Assembly (NCBI RefSeq): GCF_003918875.1
Contig: NW_025765336.1
Coordinates: 186,001 to 250,000, forward strand
Source: Haliotis rubra
Taxonomy: Eukaryota
Length of the DNA: 64,000 nt
Direction of reading: 5' to 3'
This document shows, piece by piece, positions 1 to 11,344 of this stretch. The position numbers and the translations under genes were made by a program. Each line of letters opens with the position of its first letter. Position 1 is the stretch's first letter. The notes beneath the pieces were generated by a model. That model did no database searches, was not told where the DNA came from, and was given only the letters and a program-made list of their open reading frames with translations.

Positions 1-115
1 TCGGCTACGGTAAAATGTGTCCGAACCAGGTAGACCATTGAATGAAAACATGACCTCCTGCGGTCTATGTCCAGTTGACAAATCACAAAATATGACCACA
101 AGATAACCATTTTGA
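1..115 (-). pseudogene. PLE relic B, copy 1 (RT-proximal fragment)
   Basis: Translates GHRPQEVMFSFNGLPGSDT; paralogous to 12272-12440 and 24442-24580. Confidence 0.55.
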
Positions 116-157
116 TTGACTCTAACTAGAGGTGTGGTCGATGGTGTAGCATGGTGG

Positions 158-1511
158 TATCGTATCATTATAAATACGACAACACCCGGATGTAGCTTCT
201 TCCGTTTATTTCCCGGGGCAGAGCCCAACTGCCGAACTTCGTTCGGACCTCCCGGGATATCCCTCGCCGCTGACCCTCACGGGTCATCAGCCGGTCATCC
301 CGGGCCTCTCCGGCAAGTACATACGTCAATATATTATATCTATTCTACACATGTACTAAGTTCTTAATTCTACGTTGCCTATTTTGTTACACTATACAAT
401 ACTTATGTTCCAATTACAACATTTATAAGCACACTTACATGTACGTATAACCATTAATTCATATATCTATAATAGTATCTATAACATCACTACGATATTT
501 GCCCCGTGGAAAAAAAATTGTCACGTCCTCGAAGGATATCAATACTGTCTGTGGGCACACGAAAGTTTGTTTGCACACACATTCGTCCATGCGCAATTTC
601 TAATCGAGGCATCAAAACAACATATACTCAAAAAAAAAATTAATATGTTCAGACGTCCTTTAACTAGTACGAGAATATAGATGATGAGCACCGTGCGCAT
701 CACATTGCGCTTGGTACACACAAATACACACTGTTGTCCGTTTCCTTTTTTTCGCTGTTCCCAGAAATATACATGAATGTTAAGACATTTGCACACATTC
801 TGAAGTACAATCGTACAAATATCTCAATTGTTCCGGGCATACTACAGTAAACAAGGATAATAGATAGGCAACCGTTTGAACAAAAGTGAACAAATGATTT
901 TATGAGATCATTCCCTTATGGAATAACGGGATAAAGTAATGATGATTGTGGAGCTGAGGCTTGGTTGTCATTATAAACGGAACTTGATTGATAAATATAT
1001 TCTGCCGTGCGATTGTGACGCTATAGAAGGTAAGCACAGTATTGACCAGCTAAGATAAACTGTAATTTGTAATATTTAACAAGTGAATCTTATATCGGGT
1101 TGGAACAATCAAAACTTCAACATCAGGATCAGAAAAGCTAATTTGCCAATCAAACGTTATCATAGCGGAAAAGTAACTTTTTGAAAGCCGAACATTTCGT
1201 ACAGCTTCGGTGTACGTGACTTTAATTTGAGAGGGACATGCTGCTGAGTTCGATATTATGTTACAAACTCACATGGGATATCGTGGAATTATGCAATGCA
1301 AGAAGTAAATTAAGGTCGAAAGATACTAGGCATGTGCGATTAATATATTATATCTATTCTACACATGCACTAAGTTCTTAATTCTACGTTGCCTACTTTG
1401 TTACACTATACAATACTAATGTTCCATTTACAACATTTATAAGCACACTTACATGTATGTATAACCATTAATTCATATATCTATAATAGTATCTATAACA
1501 TCACTACGATA
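158..1511 (-). mobile_element. Internally deleted LTR retrotransposon remnant (complete 3' LTR 158-497, partial 5' LTR 1342-1511)
   Basis: ~170 bp direct repeat (328-497 and 1342-1511). Inverted termini TATCGTA...TACGATA. 4-bp TSD GTGG (154-157, 1512-1515), confirmed by the empty site in copy 2 (near 12475). On the minus strand a purine tract GGGGCAAA precedes the 3' LTR and AATAAA lies near the LTR end. Confidence 0.75.
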
Positions 1512-1671
1512 GTGGTAAGAAACGTTCGCTAGTCACGCCAAAGAATCGAGATCCTTTTCTGTAATGGGTATAATGTGTGAGTAAAAGCGACAAAAGTCTT
1601 TCGTCGTCAGTTACAAAAAAAACATCAGTTAAAAAAAAAGCATCAGTGTGCTCTCTTTCAGACATGTACGT

Positions 1672-1821
1672 GGGCAGTGGGGTAGCCTAGTGGTTAAAGC
1701 ATTCGCTCGTCACGCCGAACACCCCGGTGTGATTCACACATGCGTACAATGTGTGAAGCCCATTTCTGGTGTCCCCCGTCTTGATATTGCTGGAATATTG
1801 CGTAAAACTAAACTCACTCAC
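1672..1821 (+). mobile_element. SINE family 1 (tRNA-Asp-like head, (CACT)n tail), degenerate
   Basis: GGGTAGCCTAGTGGTTAAAGC..CTCGTCACGCCGAA head and TGGAATATTGC..GTAAAAC tail. Shared with copy 3 (24699), so it predates the duplication. Confidence 0.85.
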
Positions 1822-1834
1822 ATATTGAAGCTGT

Positions 1835-2180
1835 CCTACAAATGTCCCTCTGTAAAAAAACAGTAATTTGATTTATAAGAAAGTGATAAGTTTAAAATTT
1901 GCAAGTAACTTGTTTTACGGCAGGCTTGTATGCCAGTGTGTCCAAGTAAGACACTTCTATGTCAGTGCTCTTGTATTTGTAATGTCATTCGTGCGGAATT
2001 ATGTTTCGATATATGGAGAAACAATTTATGACAGATGGTGTGTCTTAAAAACAGACCACAGGCTACGTAGGCAGAGTCTGGAAGTGTTTTGGATAGCAGA
2101 GTCTTCAGATATTGATTGGCACTTCCTGAAAAACAACGTTCCTGAACATCATCTTCAAAGTGTTTCATTTTAAAGATTTT
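1835..2180 (-). pseudogene. PLE relic B, copy 1 (upstream linker region)
   Basis: Frameshifted translation LKMMFRNVVFQ...PVVCF*DTPSV..KLF...AYKPA..VT...FTEGHL resembles the PLE motifs LxFxNKG / PxIxYxYT..I..KxFN / YxPxGHVITG / KGPKYRE. Paralog at 24860-25190. Confidence 0.5.
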
Positions 2181-2916
2181 GATAAACTGTCAAATCCCAT
2201 CATGCGATTCTGACGTAGAAATTTGACATTTTTAGCTTTGAAGAGCCGCTATATGGAGATTCCCGCTGAAGTACATTTTGAAGTTTGTTGGCAAGCTTTT
2301 TAATTGTATTTAAATTGTATCATCTTAAAATACTTCATGCCAGAATAGTTAGTTGACATGTTTCTAGTAATATCACATTCCTAATTTGCGAGTCAGCTTG
2401 GTGACCTTAAAATTGTTAAAATTCAACAAGGAGACCCTTATCTTATGAGTGGGTAATAATTGTCTACTTTTGAGAGCTCCGACTTTCTTCAAGGCGTCCT
2501 ACCTGTACAGAGCTGTTACAATCACCATACATGAAAATACACATGGGCGTTTTTGGCTTGTGCCAAATGTCGCAATCGTTAAATGTCAAGACATAACACC
2601 TGACTCTTAGTTAAATGTATGCGACATCTATGCAGGTTTACTAATTATATACGACATAGAATCTAATTCCAAATCGCTTGATGGAGATCCTCCCTTTCAT
2701 TCCACGCCATATGTTCAGAGCTTTTGAATAGACACAGACTAGTTACGATGTGAGTGTGTACCGATATAGGGACACCTTTCTGTGGTATCATGTTATGTGA
2801 GTGAGAGAATGGGGAATAGTGGTATAGCAGCAGCTAGGCCGTTCTCCAAAACTTTGAGCCAGAGCCAGAGGAACCAGTTGTCCCAAAGCAGGAGCAACTG
2901 ACTTCGACAGAGGGTA

Positions 2917-2980
2917 TATCATCCATCCAGCCAGCCAGCCATCCATCCATCCATTCATACATTCATTCATTCATTCATTC
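2917..2980. repeat. (ATCC)n/(ATTC)n microsatellite
   Basis: Seen directly; paralog at 13377-13416. Confidence 0.9.
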
Positions 2981-4200
2981 ATATATTTACCCATTTATTC
3001 ATTCCCGAGTTTCACAAAGAAATGTGTTGCAAAAATCACTAACCAAATTCACTTCAAATGACAGACAAGGACGAGGCTTAGATTTGATCACAGCTTTCAC
3101 CTATCCACTCACTATCCCTAAAGAGACCTTGCTGACGTCCTTATTGCCCATTGTCCTTATTCATTGATATGACACTTCAAACTATTAACACTTGTTCTCG
3201 GCGCTAAATGATAACTCCTCTCACTCATCACATATCCACATGGGCAAACCCAGTACTCTTATATATTGATCATAAATGACATGCAGTCGGTGGACCATTC
3301 AAATATTGAAGAAGAACATTTGCTACTACCACCGAGATCTGCACAGAGACAGCCCCACCAAGGCTCGCCAAGTTAACTTGCACGTATTTGGCGACCACAC
3401 TGACTTCTATTTCCCCAACTGCGACAGTCAAGAAATAAAATCACCTCGCAGATGATGAAAATCGAACCATGCAATTCCGGTTGTGCGAGCGACCGACTGT
3501 TTGTCTGAGATAGCGGCCCTGTTTGACTGTTTCTGTATTGTTACGCCTGTTCTCATGCGTGATGACATGTATACGTGTTTAATAAACGTTTAAATAAAAA
3601 GTTGAACGTCGGCAAGAAAACTTTATAATTGCGTATGCAAAGGAATATTTGAACGTTCTATATTTGGTTTTATATGATTCTAACATGACACTGCTTAAGC
3701 GAACTTTCAAGTCAAATATTGTGAGTTTATTGATTCTACACTTGTGACGATCTCTTATTTCAAAACATATTAGGTTTATCTCCCAATATCCACAGAACTG
3801 GATCGCCACAGGCTTCAATTTGATCTGTTAAACGAAAAAAGTTCTTATTTATTGACACTTAAATCCACATTGAACAGGGCAATAAATAAAATATCACATT
3901 GGTTCTCGTTTGATACCATTATTGGGAAGGTTATGGTACCTTATCAATTGAAACGAGAAAGATGGTTTGCGCGCTTCACAATAATTCTATCGAACAAAAG
4001 TGTGCATTGTTCTCCCAAACTATGAAACAGTTCAGCTACATACACCTTAAATAAACGTTTGGAAAATCTAATATGAATATTTTAAATTGTAATCCTTCGT
4101 TCTGTTTTTATGTATGGTCCAGAAAAGTACTATTGATCCTTCACAATTTCATTGCAATTTACTGCATTTCACTATCATAAACTCACACTCGAACCAGACA

Positions 4201-4371
4201 GGTTTATAACAGTTCCGATATATCATGTGCTTATTTACCCATTGTCAAATGAAGCAAGCATGTAGAGTCATGAAGCTCCCATCCTGGTAGTGTGTGAGAT
4301 CATTATAGCCACTTACAAGCAGAGCTAAGCTTGTGGAAGCAGCGGCCGTAAAACAGGCAGCAAAATGGCCA
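4201..4371. promoter_or_regulatory. Conserved non-coding island Y (copies 4201-4371, 14938-15108, 26998-27168)
   Basis: 171 nt, no indels, 3-4 substitutions between copy 1 and the other two. Function is inferred from conservation only. Confidence 0.55.
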
Positions 4372-4539
4372 CCTAAGAACCACTTTTCATACCTTTGAAG
4401 TTGAGTCTTTAACGCTAATGGAACACAGCATGCTGACAATTTTAAAATAACATGTGACGTCATTATGTAATAACAATATCATGTTTAGCATCTGGCTATT
4501 TTCCCTCCAACTTCAACACTATTAAAACGTCTAGTGGGA

Positions 4540-4699
4540 CTGACTGAGTATGGTTTTACGCCGTTTTAGCAATATTCCAGCAATATCACGGCTGGGGACA
4601 CCAGAAATGGACTTCACAAATTGTACCCATGTGGGAATCGACCCGGGCCTTCGGCGTGACGAGCCAACGCTTTAACCACTAGGCTACCCCACCGCCCCC
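4540..4699 (-). mobile_element. SINE family 1, full length
   Basis: A/B boxes, (CAGT)n tail, TSD GTCTAGTGGGA; the site is empty in copy 2 (near 15268). Confidence 0.95.
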
Positions 4700-5466
4700 G
4701 TCTAGTGGGAAGTTAACTTGATGAGAAAGTGAGGGAGTGGTGATAGATGTTTTGAAACCAAACACAGCTATAGTCTGATATAATATAAATATTTTCATAT
4801 AGAACGTAAATGACATAGCACACACAATCTCGTTCACCCGACGAAACAGATGGAACCATTAAAGCAACATGGCAGGAAAACTGTATGAATTAACACTGAA
4901 TATCAGTGATGACCACCGGGTGTTCGTGATAAGTGTCGGTCCTGCCCTACTGTTTATAGAATACATGTAGCAGTTGCATACCTCATAATATAATAGCCAT
5001 CCATACGTTGTGAATTTTAAATAAATGTCTTCAAACAGCATCCATCTTACACTCATATTCAGTTCCAATAACCGAGATTCGATGACAAGGGAAACACGAT
5101 GATGGCACCATCCTCCAACAGAAAGGGATTTTGAAAATATGTATTTGACAAAACAGAAGGAAAACGTTTTAACACTTTGCTATTGTATGGGGGGAAATAT
5201 TCCAATTCACTGAAAAAGTTTCAATTGTCTTTTGGATATGGAATGTGTTTTCTCGTATATATTTCCAAGAGCCAGTGATATCAAACTTTAATCGGGACAA
5301 ATGTAGGACAAATATCTACACACCTACTCCACACTTAGATGAATCTAACCAATGAAAGGACGTGTCCTACTGGAGGTCTAGTTTGGTTTGATAATGTTCT
5401 TGTTGTTTTTGTTGTCCCTGAGACAGGAGTGAAACAATGATAAGCACGGGTGAACAGAATCACCAG

Positions 5467-5603
5467 TGTACGGAAATAAGGTGGATTACAGACAAGAGAC
5501 AGAGCAAATTGTAAGAGATCTTAAGCCTACATTGAACCCCTACGCAGCATTAATCAAGTGTCGATTCAGACAGTACTAATTACGCCCCAGTTTGTTGGAG
5601 GGT
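5467..5603. promoter_or_regulatory. Conserved non-coding island W (copies 5467-5603, 17888-18024, 32037-32173)
   Basis: 137 nt; 1 difference copy 1 vs 3 and 3 differences copy 1 vs 2. Contains TAATTA, ATTAAT and CAAGTG homeodomain-type motifs. Confidence 0.55.
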
Positions 5604-6460
5604 GGCAATTGAGATGTTCTACAGAGATGTCTCTATATTCAGAGTATCATTATGGTCACAAATGTATCACATAGAGCAAAATCAGCAGTGAATATCAGTT
5701 GACTTTATCATTTGCTAAATATTAACTGAAATTTCTTGTGAAAGAGATATTACACTCTACATGATTCTAATTTTTTTTTTTTAATTAAATTTAGGGGATG
5801 TTTTTACATTAAGGAAAACCGTTCGCTTAAAACAAAACTGCTGATGGCATAGGCTTTTTAACTTCGAAAAGCAATTTAAACATTTACTCAAATTTAAAGT
5901 TTTTCAAACATGCTAGAGGTGATGTAGATGTAAATTACCTTAGTCTACATTGCACCAATGTATTTTTAAACAAATTACAGCCCCACAGATTTTTTTTGCA
6001 AACTGTTGCAGTTTCAGAAGATAGAATAAGACATAACAATTCTCTCAATTTTCATTTATGTAAAGAACAATTTCAGATTACATTCTTTTCACCTCGGTTT
6101 GGCTGTTTTCGTCTGTCTGACATAATTCAATCATTATCCTTCAAAGTGGATAGTTATATTTACCTACACCCACGCGTTTCTGGGTACGTCCTCGCACGCA
6201 GGTGGCCTTGTGGACAGGTCTATCACGGGGATGTGGGGTGTGGGGGTGTTTGGGGTGTAAATGGTTTATAATATAAGATGAGATGTCAGTAACACTTTAT
6301 AGTGTTAGATGAGGATTTGTTTATCAGGGGATGTTAAGAGCAGTAGGGTGTGCTAATGGTTAAAGCGTTCGTTCGTTACGCCATATTCTGTGAATCAGTA
6401 AACGTGTCATTTAGTGAACCATGATGGGTACATTTAATTAACATCGACAAAACACTTTTC

Positions 6461-6657
6461 TCATGCTTTTCGTAAGAGACGACTAACAGGATCGGGTGGT
6501 TAGGCTCGCTGACTTTTTTGACACATGTCATCGGTTCCCAATTCCGTAGATCGATGATCATGCTGTTGATCACTGGATTGTCTGGTCCAGACTCAATTAT
6601 TTACAGACCGCCGCCATATAGCTGGAATATTGCGGCGTAAAACTAAACTCACTCACT
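6461..6657 (+). mobile_element. SINE family 2 (core TGCTTGTCGTAAGAGGCGACTAA, tail shared with family 1)
   Basis: Matches the near full-length copy at 31523-31790. Confidence 0.9.
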
Positions 6658-6659
6658 CT

Positions 6660-9050
6660 TTCAAGACATTTCCTGCCAGAAACAGAGTCCATGTGATTGT
6701 TTCGATTACACCATAAACATTCAGGACAATCGAGTAGAGATGGCACCAGGTGTTCCCGAGTTTCCACATGCTCTCAAATACCCACTCCATATATACATTC
6801 CTTCTTTCATTGTATTCAAGATCATACTCTCTGAGACATGGATTCTGTGGTTCACTTGCTGGACCCTGCATTGCATCTACATCTGTATTTGAGCTTTGCA
6901 GTCCAGTACAATATAGGAATGGACATGTGTTTATGTTTCAGAGTCATGCCTGAAGTTAATAGCACTTCCTGGACATTTTTTTGATATATTGCGAGTAAAT
7001 ATTTAACCAAGAGGCTGGTAGCAGTCCGATGAGTCTTGCGCTGGGGTTAACACTATTAGCTGCCAACTCCTGACTGAACAAACTGGATGGGATTCCCCTC
7101 CAATTGGGAAATGATAGTTTGGTGGTTCTGGGACTTTTTCCATTTAGATAAAGGGTTTTGTCTTATAATGTCGCTTAAGTTTACTAAACAATTGTAATAT
7201 TGATTTGTTAAACATAAACTTCAGTGGCAAATTTGTTTGTTTTTTGCATGCTCTGTTTGAAAAACGTTTCAAAGCAAAACAAGAACTTTCTTTGTTTAGT
7301 CTCAAATTCATTCCTACTGTGTTTGGGTAAATGGTAACAGTTGCAGAATTCGTTCGATTAATTTCATCTACATTTTCAAAAGGTCACTCGTTATCAAAAT
7401 ATGAAAGTGATTCATAGACAAGTGCATCTGTCAGATTCAATTAATCGTGGAATTGTACTAGATTCTAGATAGAGGTACAAGGTTCATGAGGTCGTTTAAC
7501 AAATCTATAAAACCTCCCGTTATCCCACAAACTGAATTTACATATATCCATTTCTACAAAACTTTTATGTCAATGTTTAAACCACTATGGCGACGCCCGC
7601 TGATTTGGTGTCAAGAATTCATTACCGCAATTAAAACTGACCCAACTACAGTTAATTATGCAAATAGAGAAATTTGTATTCACCATAACATACAAATCTG
7701 AAAGTCGAGATGTGATCTTACTTTCGGAATTACCAGATTGTCATGACTTCAAGAAGTAAACATACAAAAGACATCTCATGAATTGTCTCCATTTGGACAC
7801 AACGTGCCAAAGCACATGATTAGTCAACAAATCTTTAGTCTGGTTGTCTTGTATGCATCCATCTTATCATGTGCTTTTTCTGGTGGTAAAAATATATTAC
7901 GATCATAAGATTCACCATTAAAGCTGATGCTAATATGTTCCTTGTCGTTCACTATTCCAGGCACAAGAATTCTTTGGTTCTGATCACTGACTCGTTACAT
8001 GAAGGAAGACAGACACACTTCCCAAGTTCCAGTACCAGAGCGTGGGGTTTGACACAGAATGTCTTGCGAGCGCCTTCCAGGATATTGTTTGGTTTGTTTT
8101 TTAACCCCACACTCAAGCTATAGTCAAACTATATGTCATCGATCTTTAAAAGGTCCAGACAATTCGGTGATCAACATCATGAGCATCAATCAACGCAATT
8201 TGAATACGATAACATGTATCAACAAAGTCAGCGAGTCTGACTACCCAATCCCGTTAATCGCCTCTTATGACAAGCATGGGTTGCTGAAGATCAATCCTAG
8301 CCCAGATCTTCGCAGGTAGCCCTTCCAGAGTCCAATGACAGAGGTTGATTATATGTTTCACTGTTGTGGATCAGTGACAGTATTTCATCCATGGATGTCA
8401 GTGTGCACAAATACCAACGAACTGTTACCGACATTCCGTTTGACTATTATTTGATCATTTTTAATATTATATCACTATCAAATCATATTTAAATCACAAT
8501 CAAATTGTTAAAAATCTGATTATATGAAATATACAGCAAAAGGCAAATCAGTACAATTATGAGTTTTAGAGTTAATTGGGAGATAGGTATGTCGAATACA
8601 TTAAGAACAATGTATCAAGACAAAAGCTTCAGTCCATGCCACCTAACAACGAGAGGCAAGTCTTAAAGTCACGAAATACAGTTAAAATAGTTCCTTCAGT
8701 GTCATACTGGTTTCTTAAAGCTGAGTTGGGTTCAACAGCGTACACATAATCATAACAGAACGATGATTAAAATCTACTATGCTAATTCACCAACTGCTGC
8801 AAATTCGTATCATTCCAGACCATTCCTCTCTTTCGCAACAAGGAGATTATTTGCTCAGAAGAAAACTTGCTTGAGTTTGCAGAAAGTGTATTCCGTTTTC
8901 TTCGTTTCACCGAAACTCTGAAATATGTTGAAAAACTGCGAAGTTCCACGCGACAGAAGAGGAACAATTCTTATGGATAAGCCACTTCCTAATTCCAATC
9001 AACGTTCCAAGCACGCGATGACGTCGTATCTATTGCAATAAGGAAGTTGT
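6660..9050 (-). pseudogene. PLE relic A, copy 1 (GIY-YIG-like region upstream of RT N-terminus)
   Basis: Motifs in order along the minus strand: RCLL..SKITSR..NTNFSICIINC, ALKRFSNRACKK, QELAAN..SDCYQP, KHMSIPILYWTAKL..AGSSK*TTESMS (compare PLE LPxLYWxPKLHK...IAGSSKCSTKPLS). Many stops and frameshifts. Confidence 0.7.
8085..8316 (-). mobile_element. SINE family 2, diverged, inserted in PLE relic A
   Basis: Core CCCGTTAATCGCCTCTTATGACAAGCATGGG; flanking repeat CCTTCCAG. Confidence 0.85.
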
Positions 9051-9311
9051 CTATGCATAGGAAGTGTTCCTCTTGGTTTAAGCATATTTTATTCTATTCA
9101 AGAAGAAAGAAAAGGATTGGCAAACAAGCCTAAATGGCTTATATTAATGCCGCTCCATAATACATGTGAAGGTTCACATATGTGCATAATGTTGTACATA
9201 TTTATAGTGGTTATATCAAGTTATCTCTGAATAATAACAATCATGGATATCAACAATTTATCTTGGTTTTGTTTCCTCTTCATCATATCAGCTTCAAAAT
9301 GTCACTTAAAA

Positions 9312-9517
9312 AAGAAATACGCTTGTTACCTATTACTCATAAGTCATTGTTTTCATGTATGGTTTAAGGGTGATGAACACTTCACAGACGTATAAATCGT
9401 TTTAGGTTTTAATTGCTTTTCATTTAATGCCGTATTCTGCATGCAGCTGCATCGTTTAAGACCATACTATGACATTTTAATTACTGAAAAGAGAGGAAAC
9501 TGAATTACCCAAAGGGG
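9312..9517. promoter_or_regulatory. Conserved non-coding island V (copies 9312-9517, 21761-21966)
   Basis: Visibly more similar than its flanks, including the identical run TGCATCGTTTAAGACCATACTATGACATTTTAATTACTGAAAAGAGAGGAAACTGAATTACCCAAAGGGGA. Confidence 0.4.
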
Positions 9518-9863
9518 AAAAAAGGCTAAACCAGCATTCAGGAACTCCGTCTGCATAGTAATTCACAAAAATATTAATTGACGTTTGCAGGCGATGAATA
9601 CTTTACTTCTTTGGTATAGATTGTTTCGAATAATTCTACCTGGGGTCTCAAGGTTGGGTCGATATTCCCTGCAGTTAGCATCAGTTAACAGGTTTAATCG
9701 TCTACACTAGTATACATGCCCACATGACCTAAGACCAGAATAGGTTTCTCAATAAAAGCGACAAGGTAAATGTCTGCATTTCGAGAATATAGTAGACGAC
9801 TTAGGAACCCTACTCCGTTAGATTGTCTGATCAACAACAGCCTGGTGTATTTTTATATATATA

Positions 9864-10436
9864 CATTCAAGCACCGTTGTCTCGATATTTATGGGTAAAA
9901 ATATCGAGTTATCCGAGCTTCGAGACATCCGACCAGGGCATATCATCACATATTACTATGAAAGAAAACAAAACGCTTCTCAGTATGTTTTGATTCGAAA
10001 CTGTAATCCATTATCAGTAGTGTTTAGTCGTAACAGTGAGTACGTCCTAATTAATTCCTTTTTAATTAATTATAATTAAATAACAAACAAGTGACACCTT
10101 CAACTCAATTAGCCCTAATTAGTTTACACTACCGCATCCCTTTGATACATGCCGCACCATGTGTAAACGTGGGTAAACAACCTCAGTTCAGAGTGATACT
10201 TGCCCATGAAAGGTAGGTGAATATCGAGTTTCTTTGCAAGTATCGAGTTAAAAGGGTAATTGTGCTTGTTGGGACCACGAAATTATATCGAGGTATCCAA
10301 AATATCGAGACATCCGTATCGAGTTAAAAGAGCTTGAATAATGAGAAATTATGAAGGATTTTGCCGGGACCGAGATTTTATATCGAGACAACCGGGATAT
10401 CGAGTTATCAGAGTTCGACACAACGGTGCTCCACTG
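9864..10436. mobile_element. Tc1/mariner (pogo/Tigger-like) MITE
   Basis: Termini CATTCAAGCACCGTTGTCTCGA / TCGACACAACGGTGCTCCACTG, TA on both sides, repeated subterminal TATCGAG motifs; absent from copy 2. Confidence 0.8.
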
Positions 10437-11344
10437 TACTTCCTTCTGTATGATAATTACTTATCTTAATATAATGGAGAAAAAATACAGTGAATAATGG
10501 ACGTTGCTTACTGAATGGCATAATTGCATTTTCAGATTGATTTCTGCTGCAAACACACTTAATAGTCTCGCTGTGTTGAGAAGAGCAGCCGTATCAAAGT
10601 GTCTGTTTTTGTTTAACGCCGGATAGCATACATCTTATTGTACAAGAGATACATATTATGACGTTGATTCAAACCAGTGCATCCGTGTATTATATTTCTG
10701 CGGTTTCTTTTCATATTTTTCCTTTATTATCATATTTTAATTATATGTCGTGATATGGTTTTGTAGCCCGCTGTCACTGGATTGTCTGGCCAAGACTCGC
10801 TTGTTTACTGTATTACGTAAGGAATACCACCGTGCAGTGTCAGATAACGAACCATTACTGTCGAAGAAAATTGGGAGCTACCGGCAGAACGAACACCTGG
10901 TGTCATTTCTGATTTTCAGTTATCCTTTTGTAAAACTTCCATGTATCTTTTATCCTTTAAGCCTTTAGAATTATTCCCGTCAGATACAGTAACTCTATAT
11001 TGATTGGCATCTGGTTTTGAAGTTTATATACCTAAAATGTTTCATCTTTGCCAAATTATGCTGTCATCAATATGGCCTTACATAAGTGAGTGAGTGAGTT
11101 TAGTTTTACGCCGCACTCAGCAACATTCCAGCTATATGGCGGCGGACTTACATAAGAAGTCTTGTAGTTTAATATATACTTCGACTCTTAACTATGTGTC
11201 AAGCTCTTGAAGTGACAAGGATTGTGGGATACCCGTGTTCCATTCCCAATATGAGTAAAGTAAGTAATGTCTGGTATGATATTGCTGGGATATTGCTGAA
11301 AGCGGCGTAAAACCATACTCACTCGCCCACCCTTTGACTCACCT

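Noticed and set aside
4295-4316. bantam miRNA gene
   Set aside because: Only the first 10 nt match and there is no complementary 5' arm to form a precursor.
4540-4699. tRNA-Asp gene (and the other A/B-box hits)
   Set aside because: No acceptor stem; followed by a shared body, a simple-repeat tail and TSDs, so these are SINEs.
6653-9050. Endogenous virus or host pseudogene
   Set aside because: The ordered motifs and hammerhead-like cassette fit a Penelope-like retroelement better.
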